Position numbers and translations under genes: made by a program
Shown: positions 1-9,333 of the stretch, piece after piece
Numbering within the stretch: the stretch's first letter is position 1
Layout: each line of letters opens with the position of its first letter
The notes under the pieces: model-generated
Seen by the model: only the letters and a program-made list of their open reading frames with translations
Told to the model about the DNA's origin: nothing
Databases searched by the model: none
IMG/VR virus record: IMGVR_UViG_3300035164_000012
Location: 1-31,739 of that record
From: a virus
Taxonomy: Duplodnaviria; Caudoviricetes
Length of the DNA: 31,739 bases
Strand: one strand, 5' to 3'

Positions 1-134
1 TCCTAGCGCTGGTGAGGTATCTTCTACTAAGCTTGAAATACCACTACCAGCATTTGCATCTACATAAGCTTTAACTGATTGTTGAGTTGGTACTTTTGTT
101 GCTGAATTACTAGAAAAATTATCTTCATCTACAA
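1..134. repeat. Terminal direct repeat, left copy (assembly circularisation overlap)
   Basis: 9-134 is identical to 31614-31739 (126 bp). 1-8 matches 31606-31613 with 2 mismatches. Implied circle length is 31605 bp. Confidence 0.95.
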
Positions 135-1410
135 CAAAATTCATTGATGCTGTAGAAGTATCACTATTCATTACTGCACCAGCAGAATTTACATTCGCTG
201 CATCTGTGACATCTGCACCTGCTTCTATTCCATCTAACTTATTTTTAAGTGTAGTTGTAAAATTTTCATCTGTTTGACTAGCAACAACAAAATCTATAGT
301 GCCGTCAGAATCTTGATATGTAACTGTAATACCTGTTTCAGTGTTACCAGTAAGCATACCTCCAACAATATCTTGAACTTCCTCATTAGTTAGGGTTGCT
401 GTAATGTAGCCAGCACCATTAGTGATATTTGAATTATTTAGAGAAATATTAGCAGTACCATCAAAGCTTTCCCCTGCAATAGTTCTGGCTGTAGCTAATG
501 CGGTTGCTGTCGCTGCATTACCTGTAATGTCTGAACTTATAGAGGAAGGTAAACGTGCATCTGAAACTGTACCACTACTTAAATTACTTGCATTAAGAGA
601 AGTGAGATTAGCACCGCTTATAGCTGGTAAAGTAGTAGGTAGTCTAGAATCTGGTACTGTACCACTACTTAAATTACTTGCATTTAAGGAAGAACCATCT
701 ATATAACCAGCACCATTAGTAATAGCATTATTATTTAAAGAAATATTTGCTGAACCATCAAAACTAACCCCCGCAATCGTTCTAGGAGTTGTTAGGGTTG
801 CTGCTGATCCTGTAGTATTTTGATTTCCAACAGTATTAACACCTGGTAAATCTATATTTGCAGTACCATCAAAACTAACACCGCCTATAGTTCTAGCTGT
901 AGCTAAAGCGGTAGCAGTTGCAGAATTACCTGTATATTGTGTAGATGATAAAAACTGTGTGCCTGCTGATTTTAAAACCTTACCTGAAGCTAAATCTAAA
1001 TGTTCTGAAAATGTCCAAGAATCTGTAGAATCGACCCAATTTATAGTCTTATCTGTTGCACCTTTTAACGTAATACCACCACCATCTGCTGTAGTATCTG
1101 AAGGTGTAGATACTTTACCAATTTCTATATTTTTATCTTCTACTAAAAGATTTTGTGTTGAGATGTTTGTAGTAGTTCCATTTACAGTTAAATCACCGCC
1201 AACAGTTAGATTACCAGGCAATAACCTATTTATATCTGGTATTGGAATATAGTCTAATGACTGCCATGCTGTTGTACCATCACCTATTTTAAATTTCTTA
1301 GTATCTGATTCGATACCCCATTCCCCAGCAAGTAATACTGTATTATTAGATGTCCAATTACTAGCAGTATCCCTTCTTTGCTTTTGTAAAGCATTTAATG
1401 TAATTGTCAT
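1..1410 (-). CDS. Tail fibre, N-terminal part (continues across the circular join into 31605-30355; about 886 aa in total)
   Basis: Not in the ORF track because it has no stop before the edge. ATG at 1410 gives MTITLNALQKQRRDTASNWTSNNTVLLAGEWGIESDTKKFKIGDGTTAW (Mtd-N/hyaluronidase-N-like anchor), then TARTIxGxSFDGxANI and LNASNLSSGTV repeats. Frame joins 30355-31605 (2661 nt). Confidence 0.9.
   Translation of the reverse strand, partial: MTITLNALQKQRRDTASNWTSNNTVLLAGEWGIESDTKKFKIGDGTTAWQSLDYIPIPDINRLLPGNLTVGGDLTVNGTTTNISTQNLLVEDKNIEIGKVSTPSDTTADGGGITLKGATDKTINWVDSTDSWTFSEHLDLASGKVLKSAGTQFLSSTQYTGNSATATALATARTIGGVSFDGTANIDLPGVNTVGNQNTTGSAATLTTPRTIAGVSFDGSANISLNNNAITNGAGYIDGSSLNASNLSSGTVPDSRLPTTLPAISGANLTSLNASNLSSGTVSDARLPSSISSDITGNAATATALATARTIAGESFDGTANISLNNSNITNGAGYITATLTNEEVQDIVGGMLTGNTETGITVTYQDSDGTIDFVVASQTDENFTTTLKNKLDGIEAGADVTDAANVNSAGAVMNSDTSTASMNFVVDEDNFSSNSATKVPTQQSVKAYVDANAGSGISSLVEDTSPALG
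566..684. repeat. 29-bp exact direct repeat within the tail fibre gene (566-594 and 656-684)
   Basis: actgtaccactacttaaattacttgcatt occurs twice, 90 bp apart, encoding NASNLSSGTV. Confidence 0.9.
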
Positions 1411-1412
1411 TT

Positions 1413-1913
1413 TTAAACAGAACTACCTGCATCTATTATATTAGTTCTAGCAGGTGATGAGCTACTTGTTAAGCCATCTAATATATAAGCTCTTGCAGTC
1501 GTTGTAGAATCACCAGCATCAAATAATAAATCACCTATATCAACAGGTACAGATACAAGTTCTACTTCTACATTCCATTTACTTACTATGCCATCAGATA
1601 TTGTTGGTGGTGTTGAATACAACCATGCGTAATCTGAAACCAACGCAACAGGTGGTGATGTATAACCACTCCATGTACTAGAAGATAAATAAAATATTTC
1701 AAAACTACCATTTTGACCATCATAATGTGTTCTTATCAGATTTACTTGCGTTTCTGTTAAGTTATCGAATGTAAGCTGTAATGTTTGATTTATTCTTCTA
1801 TTACCTCTCCTAAATCCTGTTGTAGAACCATTAGATGAAGCTTGTATAGCACTAGGAAAATCACCTTGTGTATATAGTCTTGTTGTTGGTATTATTGAAG
1901 GAAAAGTAGACAT
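1413..1913 (-). CDS. Distal tail (gpM/Dit-like) protein, paralog 2, with C-terminal extension
   Basis: MSTFPS..P..R start and LTF.NLTE..HY.GQNG motif, clearly paralogous to 1913-2284. Lies in the tail-tip region. Confidence 0.55.
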   Translation of the reverse strand: MSTFPSIIPTTRLYTQGDFPSAIQASSNGSTTGFRRGNRRINQTLQLTFDNLTETQVNLIRTHYDGQNGSFEIFYLSSSTWSGYTSPPVALVSDYAWLYSTPPTISDGIVSKWNVEVELVSVPVDIGDLLFDAGDSTTTARAYILDGLTSSSSPARTNIIDAGSSV

Positions 1914-2284
1914 TATAAAGGTACACTAATTAGCTCTATGGATGTACTATACCTATTAGGTGAGGATATACTAATTTGAAATGACTGTGCATATCTCCAT
2001 TGGTAACTGCTACTGCTAACAGGTGGTGTAGAATAACCTGCCCATACTTGACTAGACAAATCAAAAGGTTCAATAGTACCATTCTGACCATTAAAATGTG
2101 TTAATAAGGTTTGTGCTTCTGTTTCTGTTAAATATTCATATGTAATTGTTAATCTTTGTTCAAGTCTTTTTGTACCTAATAAAAATCTAACATTACCACC
2201 ACTAAGACCTTCATGTGTACTTTGTGGGTAAGACCCATATACTAAAGCTCTTGTTTCTGGCTCTAATGAAGGAAATGTTGTCAT
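1913..2284 (-). CDS. Distal tail (gpM/Dit-like) protein, paralog 1
   Basis: 123 aa: MTTFPSLEP..R, LTITYEYLTE..HFNGQNG, YQWRY, ending IELISVP. Size and pattern fit a gpM-like ring protein. Confidence 0.55.
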   Translation of the reverse strand: MTTFPSLEPETRALVYGSYPQSTHEGLSGGNVRFLLGTKRLEQRLTITYEYLTETEAQTLLTHFNGQNGTIEPFDLSSQVWAGYSTPPVSSSSYQWRYAQSFQISISSPNRYSTSIELISVPL

Positions 2285-4317
2285 TGTAAAACAGTAAAAG
2301 TACCAGATGTAACATCTAAAGATATTTCTGATTTATCATTACTATCAAGTGGAAAATGTGCAGCTTCTATATTACTTACACCATCATTGTCATAAGTAAT
2401 GCTATTAACTTGATAATATTCTATTTCTGTTCTATCATCTCCTACACTATTTTTTCTTTGTAACTGTAATTTAATAATATTTGTTGGTATAAGTGTTGTT
2501 GTTAACAATGGTGTAGAAAAACTTATATTATGTGTACTATGTTTTCTTCTAGCTAATTCATATTTTGCATATAGTATTGCATGATTTACATCTGCACAAA
2601 AATCTGACATATCAAATTGTTCTGTAGGAGAATCTAAAGCACTACTTGTAAATCGTACACTAACAGTTTTTCTTCTAGCAACTTCAGTAGGTATACATTC
2701 AGTATAAATACAATTAGCAACAAAATCTCTTCTTTCTTCTACACTTAAATAACCTTTTTGAAATGAACCTTGTATAATATTTGCCTCTGTAAATGTCATT
2801 GTAGGTGTTAGTGCAGTTGTATCTATTTGATTACTTCCATTAATAGGTAAAATTGGTGCAAATTGATATTTACCACCTACAGATAAAAATGATAAAAAAT
2901 AAAATGGTGATGTTTTTGTAATAAAGTCAACAATATTAACAGCCTTAGAAATTATGCCATTAAAAAACATACTGTTATTTGTACAGAAAGAAGAAAGACT
3001 TTGTAAATTTGAAAGCTCTACAGGTGCAACAATAGTTGCTGTATTATTACCATCAATTTTTTTATATAGTTTAAATAAATGCATAGCTAAATCTATAAAC
3101 TGGTTGCTTGCACCTTGTGTATAATTAGAACCTGTTAAACCTGCACTAAATAAATCTACTTTTACACCTTCTTCGTAGAATATATATAGTTGTTTTGTAG
3201 AGCTAGGAAAAGTACCAGAACCTGGTGTTTCATATAAATTTCCTGATGTAGCTAAAAATGTAATATCAGCAAAAGATGAATTGTTATTAGATGTATTCTG
3301 TACAACTGAACTTGTACCTACTGTTATCTCATCTTGTACACCTTCTAATGTGCCAGTACTTGCAGGGTTAGAAGATATTGTTTGTGTGTCTAGTGAAACA
3401 AATGTCCATTTATTAATAAATTTTGTTCTACCGCCACTAATTGCATTTAAAGCATTTAAACGACTTTGTGTATATGTACCAGCCGCAACAGTTGTAGAAT
3501 TAATTGGTGGTATAAGATTTCCGCTAAAAAATTGTGCATTTAAATCAACAATAGTACCTGGATTATTACCACCAAGTAAAGCACCTGTACTAAAATTACG
3601 CCTTTGATTAAAACCAAATTCCATACTGCTTACATTAAGATAAGTTTGGTAAGCAGTTGTAACATTATCTCCTGTTTCTGCGTCAAATACTTGTAATGAC
3701 ATCACAAAAGTAGTATTAGAAGTATCACCTGTACCGAATGTTTTTGTTCTAATACCCTCAAAATCTTTTCCTAAGTCTGGTTCAGTTTCTAAATAAGTAC
3801 CTGATGAAGCTTTTTTTATTTCATGCAAATATGTATATATATCATTACCGCAAAAGAGTCCAGTGCCAGTAATAGGGCATGAATTTGGTGATGATGCTAA
3901 AGATGCGGCAGTACTATAAATATGACTTAAGGTTATAGATGTATCATCTAAAAAACTAAGTTTTCTTAATCCTGTGAATGATCTAGATTTTGTTGGACTA
4001 CTTACAATTTCACCTTGCGATATAACAAACAATAGTTTCTGTACAAAACTTGCTGTACCTGCCTTTATTAAACTTGGTTGCATCCAAACACCACCTATAT
4101 CATTACTTCTTTTACCAAATACTAAAGGTACTGTTTCACCTGTTTTGGCTATTTTTTGTGAAACATCAAGGTCTGAATTAGGTTTTTTAAAATTTTCTAA
4201 ACTTTCATCTAATTTTTGTGCATCTTGACCTACTTCTGATTTTTTTTGTGGATCACCTGTAAAAACTGGTCTTAATTTTTGACCTCCAGCAATAAAACTA
4301 TACTTTCTTCCTGTCAT
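2281..4317 (-). CDS. Tail tip / baseplate hub protein (gpJ-like)
   Basis: 678 aa downstream of the tape measure. GETVPLVFGKR motif, FCTNNSMFFNG, and FTEANIIQGSF..YL pattern of tail-tip hubs. Confidence 0.7.
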   Translation of the reverse strand: MTGRKYSFIAGGQKLRPVFTGDPQKKSEVGQDAQKLDESLENFKKPNSDLDVSQKIAKTGETVPLVFGKRSNDIGGVWMQPSLIKAGTASFVQKLLFVISQGEIVSSPTKSRSFTGLRKLSFLDDTSITLSHIYSTAASLASSPNSCPITGTGLFCGNDIYTYLHEIKKASSGTYLETEPDLGKDFEGIRTKTFGTGDTSNTTFVMSLQVFDAETGDNVTTAYQTYLNVSSMEFGFNQRRNFSTGALLGGNNPGTIVDLNAQFFSGNLIPPINSTTVAAGTYTQSRLNALNAISGGRTKFINKWTFVSLDTQTISSNPASTGTLEGVQDEITVGTSSVVQNTSNNNSSFADITFLATSGNLYETPGSGTFPSSTKQLYIFYEEGVKVDLFSAGLTGSNYTQGASNQFIDLAMHLFKLYKKIDGNNTATIVAPVELSNLQSLSSFCTNNSMFFNGIISKAVNIVDFITKTSPFYFLSFLSVGGKYQFAPILPINGSNQIDTTALTPTMTFTEANIIQGSFQKGYLSVEERRDFVANCIYTECIPTEVARRKTVSVRFTSSALDSPTEQFDMSDFCADVNHAILYAKYELARRKHSTHNISFSTPLLTTTLIPTNIIKLQLQRKNSVGDDRTEIEYYQVNSITYDNDGVSNIEAAHFPLDSNDKSEISLDVTSGTFTVLQ

Positions 4318-4535
4318 TATTCATTACCCATACACATAATATAAGTCAATATTTCAGGTGGTACTACAAATCTAACAAACTTAAAAGTTTTAATTTTTTT
4401 TGTACCAGTTAAAATTGTATTATCAGATAATTTATAAACTCTTTTATTGTCAATTACATATCCTGTTGCATCTGTAACTTCTGTACCATCTTCTAAAATG
4501 GCATTTATTTTTTCAGCAAAAACTTTGATACTCAT
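4317..4535 (-). CDS. Small hypothetical tail-region protein
   Basis: 72 aa, overlaps both neighbours (translational coupling). Confidence 0.7.
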   Translation of the reverse strand: MSIKVFAEKINAILEDGTEVTDATGYVIDNKRVYKLSDNTILTGTKKIKTFKFVRFVVPPEILTYIMCMGNE

Positions 4536-5038
4536 GTTGCAATAAACCTACCCATTAAATCACTGCTTACACGTCTTGATGGTACTTGAGCTTTCTGTTT
4601 TGATATAGCAGGGCTAACTTTCCATGTAACAGAAGTATCATTTACTGTAGCGTTATCAATAGTACCTGTAAATCTACATACAAGATTAGCTGAATTACTA
4701 AATGTATCTTGTCCTATAGCTTGTATATAAAGTGATGCTATTACAAGACGATCACCCTCAATTGCTGTATCTGTAAGATCAATAATAGATGCAGTAGCAG
4801 CTAAGTTAATTGTTAAGTCACTTATACTTGCAGCTTCAGTAGAAGCAAAACCAGAAGCATCAAATGCTAAATAATTAAAATTAACAGTTTGATCTATATC
4901 TGAATCTGCTGTAAGATTTTGTGCTGACTGATAAAAATTTTGATAAGCATTAGTAGGTGATCTTTTGTTACTACTATTTAAAACGCTTGATTTATCTGCG
5001 TAATATTCTAAAAAAGTTAATATATCAAAATTAGCCAT
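4532..5038 (-). CDS. Minor tail protein (gpL-like hub subunit)
   Basis: Immediately after the tape measure, beta-rich, ends in a QVPSRR motif typical of gpL-like N-domains. Confidence 0.55.
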   Translation of the reverse strand: MANFDILTFLEYYADKSSVLNSSNKRSPTNAYQNFYQSAQNLTADSDIDQTVNFNYLAFDASGFASTEAASISDLTINLAATASIIDLTDTAIEGDRLVIASLYIQAIGQDTFSNSANLVCRFTGTIDNATVNDTSVTWKVSPAISKQKAQVPSRRVSSDLMGRFIAT

Positions 5039-6708
5039 TATCCTAAACCTAATGATCTTCTAGTTCTTAAATCAGATTGCAATAAAGTTAATGTTTGATC
5101 TATACCACTTTGTACAGCACTTGCTAAATCATTTGTGGTTATAAAATTAGTACCATCCATTTGCGTTACCGCACCTGTTGTGATATTTACATTTGGTGCA
5201 ACATATCCACCTTCTGCAAATCTTGGTACGGCTGAAGAACCTCTATACCCTGCTAAATAATTTTTACTAAATTGTGCGGCTTTTCTTGCTGGTATAACAT
5301 ATTCACTTCCAGCTTCACCTAAATAACCTAATGTAGGACTTGTAACAACACCACCTAAAGCCATTGGTGTGCCGCCACCTGATCCACCACCTGAACTACT
5401 GCCACTTGATTTAGCTTTTGCCCTTCTCCTTAGTAAATTTCTTAATGCTTTTAAAGCACTTTTTATACGATTCATAAATGCTGTTACAGGTGCGGTTGCA
5501 GCCGTTATTATATTTCTAACAAAATTAGGAAGTGCATTAAACGCATTTTGAATAGCAGTAACTACATTTTGAAATACATTACCTACAAATTCTGCAAATC
5601 CTGTAAATGGTTTTAGTAAAAATTGCCCTATAGCTGTCATAGCCTCGCCAATTTTATCTCTATTCGCAAAAATATGCCCTGCAATAGTACCAATAAGTTT
5701 ACCTAGTGCTATTAAACCTGCAATTACTGCACCACCAATTAAAAAAGGTGCTAATACAGGCATTAAACCAGTTATAGCAGGTACTATAGCAGCAAACATA
5801 GCCCCAAGTTTTATAGCAGCTATAGCTTTGATAGAAACTACCATAGCAGCAAATAAAGGTACTATTGCAATAATTCCTGGTAAGAGTAAACCAAGAGCAA
5901 TAACAATGCCTTTAACAGGGCCAGGTAAATTAGCAAATTTTTCAACTCCAACTGTTACTATATCTACTAATTTTTCTAATGCAGGTAAGACAGCAGAAGT
6001 TAACTGTACTTTTAACACATTAAATTTTTCACCCATTTGTGCAAATTTATCATTAAATGTTGCCATCCGTTCAGCATCTAATTGTGTAAATCCTGTGCTT
6101 AGATTTTGTATAGCTTCACTTCCTTGATTCATAACAGGTATTAACTTTGCACCCATACCAGTACCAAATACTTCAGCGGCATTTGCAGCAGCTAATGTTC
6201 TATCATCCATAGCTTTTATTTTGTCACTTATTTCAAAAAACATTGTGTCTAATGATTTTAATGATCCATCATTATTAGTTACAGAAACACCTAACCTATC
6301 GAATGCTTCTTTAGCAGTACCTACGCCATCTGATGCATCTTGCATATTTTTAGCAAGTGTTGGAAATGCTTTACTAAGAGTTTTAAAGTCTGTACCTCCT
6401 AAATCCGCAGCTTGTCTTAACTTATCTAATACAGGTACAGCAAGACCTGTTTTTTGACTCATTTTTTCTAATTGATCGCCTAACTGAAGAGTATCATTTA
6501 CTAACTTACCCATACCAGCAACACCTATAGCAGGTGCTAAATTTTTCATTACACCAAAAGCATTACTAGCAGCGGTTTTTAACTTGTTCATCGCTGTTGC
6601 TGTATTGTTAGTAGTTGTTTTAAGACCGCCTAAACTTTTCTGTAATCCACCTATTTGGTTCTGACCTTGTACCTGTGCTTTTATTGTATAAGAGGTAGAA
6701 AGATCCAT
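5038..6708 (-). CDS. Tape measure protein (short, 556 aa)
   Basis: Ala/Gly-rich helical protein with AFDRLGVSV..DGSLK, a hydrophobic central stretch, and C-terminal MALGGVVTSPT..GEAGSEYVIP..FAEGG motif. Follows the tail chaperones. Confidence 0.92.
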   Translation of the reverse strand: MDLSTSYTIKAQVQGQNQIGGLQKSLGGLKTTTNNTATAMNKLKTAASNAFGVMKNLAPAIGVAGMGKLVNDTLQLGDQLEKMSQKTGLAVPVLDKLRQAADLGGTDFKTLSKAFPTLAKNMQDASDGVGTAKEAFDRLGVSVTNNDGSLKSLDTMFFEISDKIKAMDDRTLAAANAAEVFGTGMGAKLIPVMNQGSEAIQNLSTGFTQLDAERMATFNDKFAQMGEKFNVLKVQLTSAVLPALEKLVDIVTVGVEKFANLPGPVKGIVIALGLLLPGIIAIVPLFAAMVVSIKAIAAIKLGAMFAAIVPAITGLMPVLAPFLIGGAVIAGLIALGKLIGTIAGHIFANRDKIGEAMTAIGQFLLKPFTGFAEFVGNVFQNVVTAIQNAFNALPNFVRNIITAATAPVTAFMNRIKSALKALRNLLRRRAKAKSSGSSSGGGSGGGTPMALGGVVTSPTLGYLGEAGSEYVIPARKAAQFSKNYLAGYRGSSAVPRFAEGGYVAPNVNITTGAVTQMDGTNFITTNDLASAVQSGIDQTLTLLQSDLRTRRSLGLG

Positions 6709-7025
6709 TATTTATTTTCTTTATTTAATGTTTCTACTATTTTAGCCTCTAATACCTGTAAGTCAGCAAGTATTTCTAAAGGTTTTTTTATTTGTTCTTT
6801 TTTCAATTCAAATATCCATCTAACTGCATTGTAATCAAGACCATAAATAACACCTTGATCCATACGCCATTGAGTTTGTATATCTAAAAATAATGTAATT
6901 GATAACCAGTTTTCTTTATAAACTTCAAACATTTGTACTTCTTTTTTTTGTTCTAAGGGCTGATCGAATAGTACAGCATCATCTTTATCTGTTTCGTCAA
7001 TAATACGATCACCGCACCAAAACAA
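6708..7025 (-). CDS. Tail assembly chaperone extension (gpT-like, DUF1799-like), probably made by -1 frameshift
   Basis: ENW..F....TQWR......GLDY motif. Reading frame is open up to the slippery site of the upstream gene. Confidence 0.8.
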   Translation of the reverse strand: MFWCGDRIIDETDKDDAVLFDQPLEQKKEVQMFEVYKENWLSITLFLDIQTQWRMDQGVIYGLDYNAVRWIFELKKEQIKKPLEILADLQVLEAKIVETLNKENK

Positions 7026-7036
7026 TGCAGCCCCTT

Positions 7037-7411
7037 CTAGTTTTTTGTTTTTTGTTGTGCTACAACTTCTAAATATTCAGTAACTAATAAATTTGCTAAA
7101 CCAGCAATATCTAATACCTGTTTTTTAGTAGCTTTTGTAAATGGCACAGGTTCATTACCATCTGTAATACCATCCCAACCAACTAATATTTCGTCTGCAA
7201 TCATAAGATCACTAATATCTATGCCATCTAGTATCCCCTCTTTTAGTTCTTTTTCTTTTTTTTGTGCTTTAGCACCTAGTTCATTAATCCTTGATTGTGG
7301 AATAATTTTAAATACAGCGTCAAATGTTTCTTCTTTTTGTGTACCACCATCACCAGGTGTATAAAAGACAATAGGATGTGTAAAAGTTGCTTCTTTTTTT
7401 AAAATAAACAT
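7037..7411 (-). CDS. Tail assembly chaperone (gpG-like)
   Basis: Between tail tube and tape measure. ILVGWDGI...PVPFT motif, ends ..KN at a slippery heptamer. Confidence 0.85.
   Translation of the reverse strand: MFILKKEATFTHPIVFYTPGDGGTQKEETFDAVFKIIPQSRINELGAKAQKKEKELKEGILDGIDISDLMIADEILVGWDGITDGNEPVPFTKATKKQVLDIAGLANLLVTEYLEVVAQQKTKN
7040..7046 (-). other. Programmed -1 ribosomal frameshift site A AAA AAC
   Basis: Minus strand reads CAA AAA ACA AAA AAC TAG. The -1 frame continues LEGAALFWCGDR into the 6708-7025 ORF. Confidence 0.85.
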
Positions 7412-7432
7412 AAATTTTATATAATCTCTTCT

Positions 7433-7444
7433 AGGGTATACCCT
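7433..7444. promoter_or_regulatory. Palindromic operator AGGGTATACCCT (copy 1)
   Basis: Perfect 12-bp palindrome in the tube/chaperone intergenic gap. Overlaps a minus-strand TTGCAT-17-TACCCT promoter-like arrangement. Confidence 0.65.
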
Positions 7445-7461
7445 TTTCTATTACTATGCAA

Positions 7462-8400
7462 CTAAGTAAAAGCAAGCGAGAACTCATCTTGGCCTGCGTC
7501 TGTAGGTGTTGCGTAGAAAGGTAGGTTTAACATAGTAATTCCATCAGAATCTTCATAGGTAGGCTGTCCTAAGTCAGTTTGTGGACAAGATACAGTAACA
7601 ATATTACCTGCACCACCAGAATGTACCCATGTGTTAGTACCAGTAGAAGTACCTGTAGCAAGTGAGAAAAAGTTTTTTGAAGACATTGCTACTGATTCTA
7701 TAACCATAGTTCCAGATGGCCTTCTATCTGTAATAAGTGCTTCTTTTGTACCGCCTACTAATTCTCTATAAATAACTTCATTTGCAAAATCTAATTCCCA
7801 TGATTGCAAAGCCCCAGAAAAACCAAATACAGAAAAACTTGATGTATTGCCATTTTTAAATAGTACAGGATCAGGTTGTAGTGATTTAGTCACAGTTGGT
7901 AAGGCTGTATCAGTTACAGCATTGAATATTCCCTGCATTTCAAAGTTTATTCTAGGTATTTCGTTTACTGCACAACTTATAGAAAAAGTACCTCTAGCTC
8001 CTGTTACCTTATGTCTAACACCATCATAGTTAACATATAAAGTAACACTATCTTGTGTAGCTAATGTAGAAGGTGTATATGTTACAGATGTAGACGAAAC
8101 GACAGCCTTTGAGAGTCCTGAGGCAAGTAAAATTGGGTCATATTTTGGCGGAGTTCCTGCACTTCCTGAACCTACCATATAAACACCAAAACTTACATTT
8201 ACCCTTGTATTAGCTAACAAAACTGGGTAGCCGCCTGGATATGGGCGGATTGTTTCCTGTTCTACTTCATCACTTGCTACTGGTTCTATTTCCAAATCAA
8301 CTACTTCAACATAGTTAGCTGAACCTGTAGCAGTAGGATCTGTACCATAGCTGCTCTCGAGCTTAGCTAATAAAGATCTTTTTCTATGAAGTTTTGGCAT
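7462..8400 (-). CDS. Major tail (tube) protein
   Basis: LLAKLESSYGTDP start and GSGSAGTPP motif, 312 aa, between the terminator-like protein and the chaperone. Confidence 0.88.
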   Translation of the reverse strand: MPKLHRKRSLLAKLESSYGTDPTATGSANYVEVVDLEIEPVASDEVEQETIRPYPGGYPVLLANTRVNVSFGVYMVGSGSAGTPPKYDPILLASGLSKAVVSSTSVTYTPSTLATQDSVTLYVNYDGVRHKVTGARGTFSISCAVNEIPRINFEMQGIFNAVTDTALPTVTKSLQPDPVLFKNGNTSSFSVFGFSGALQSWELDFANEVIYRELVGGTKEALITDRRPSGTMVIESVAMSSKNFFSLATGTSTGTNTWVHSGGAGNIVTVSCPQTDLGQPTYEDSDGITMLNLPFYATPTDAGQDEFSLAFT

Positions 8401-8424
8401 TTACCTAATAGACACTATGTACAT

Positions 8425-8453
8425 ATCATAAACCTTTATAAGAATAATGTAAC
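8425..8453 (-). promoter_or_regulatory. Putative promoter upstream of tail tube gene
   Basis: GTTACA-17-TATGAT in a 55-bp intergenic gap. Confidence 0.4.
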
Positions 8454-8455
8454 TA

Positions 8456-8881
8456 TCATGTACTTAAATCGTCTACATTTGTTCTATATCTAATGTCATA
8501 TTCGCAGCCGATTATACCGCCAGATTGATCCGCATCTATAAATTCAAATGAAGTATCAGCAGGTTGAATATCAATAGCATTACCATTTAGTGTTAAATCT
8601 GCCATTAGTCTACTGTGCATATTTTCTACAGTAGAATCTGCTGTTTGATGCGGTGTACCACTTCTTACAACAACACTAAGTCTTACAGTTAAGGTATGGT
8701 CTAGTGTTGGCAATGATGTTGTTTGTTCTACTACATCATTCTGCGGTTCAATAATAATACTAGGAGTTTCTGCCCTAGTTAATGCTGTTGTACGACTTCT
8801 AAAAATACGATCAGAAACACCTGTAGTACCTGCAAGTACTGTTGCGATTCTTGCTAATATAGTTTCTCTTTTAGTAGTCAT
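8456..8881 (-). CDS. Tail terminator / completion protein (gpU-like)
   Basis: MTTKRETIL..I...L, RIFRSR, ADLTLNG, Y.I.YRT pattern. Located before the tube gene. Confidence 0.75.
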   Translation of the reverse strand: MTTKRETILARIATVLAGTTGVSDRIFRSRTTALTRAETPSIIIEPQNDVVEQTTSLPTLDHTLTVRLSVVVRSGTPHQTADSTVENMHSRLMADLTLNGNAIDIQPADTSFEFIDADQSGGIIGCEYDIRYRTNVDDLST

Positions 8882-9168
8882 TATGTTTTCTGTAGACTAA
8901 TACGACAAAATACACCATCATTTTCTTTTCTAAGATCTCTTACTGTATATGAAACACTGTCAACTGTAATACTATCGCCAGAAACTAAACTACCAAAATC
9001 AGATGTTTTTGTAATTAATTCATATTCAGTACTAATAATCATATCTCCAGCCAATATTTGATCTGGTTGTTCTAATATTCCTTTTGCAGTAGTTCCCCCA
9101 GATGTACAGCTAACACCAAAATCATCTAGATATACATTTTGTGTTGTTGCATCTTCAGTAAATGGCAT
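8881..9168 (-). CDS. Head-tail joining protein (gpFII-like)
   Basis: 95 aa beta-rich, GDSITVDSVSYTVR....DG motif. Confidence 0.7.
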   Translation of the reverse strand: MPFTEDATTQNVYLDDFGVSCTSGGTTAKGILEQPDQILAGDMIISTEYELITKTSDFGSLVSGDSITVDSVSYTVRDLRKENDGVFCRISLQKT

Positions 9169-9333
9169 TTACTTTTTACTTGTTGTTTTTTTTACTTTTG
9201 GTTTTGGTGTATAGACTTCTGCCCTACCCATTGAGATTAATAATTCTGCGTCTGAATCTGACACATCATAAGTTTGACCTGCTTCTAGGCTGTTGCCACT
9301 AGCACATACGTTTTTTAAACATTTAACTTTCAT
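9169..9333 (-). CDS. Small head-associated protein (gpFI C-terminal-like), 54 aa
   Basis: Not in the ORF track. MKVKCLKNVCASGNSLEAGQTYDVSDSDAELLISMGRAEVYTPKPKVKKTTSKK, directly after the capsid gene, stop abuts the next ATG. Confidence 0.75.
   Translation of the reverse strand: MKVKCLKNVCASGNSLEAGQTYDVSDSDAELLISMGRAEVYTPKPKVKKTTSKK

Noticed and set aside
1-1410. Diversity-generating retroelement suggested by the Mtd-N-like fibre start
   Set aside because: No reverse transcriptase and no template/variable repeat pair with adenine-specific mismatches.
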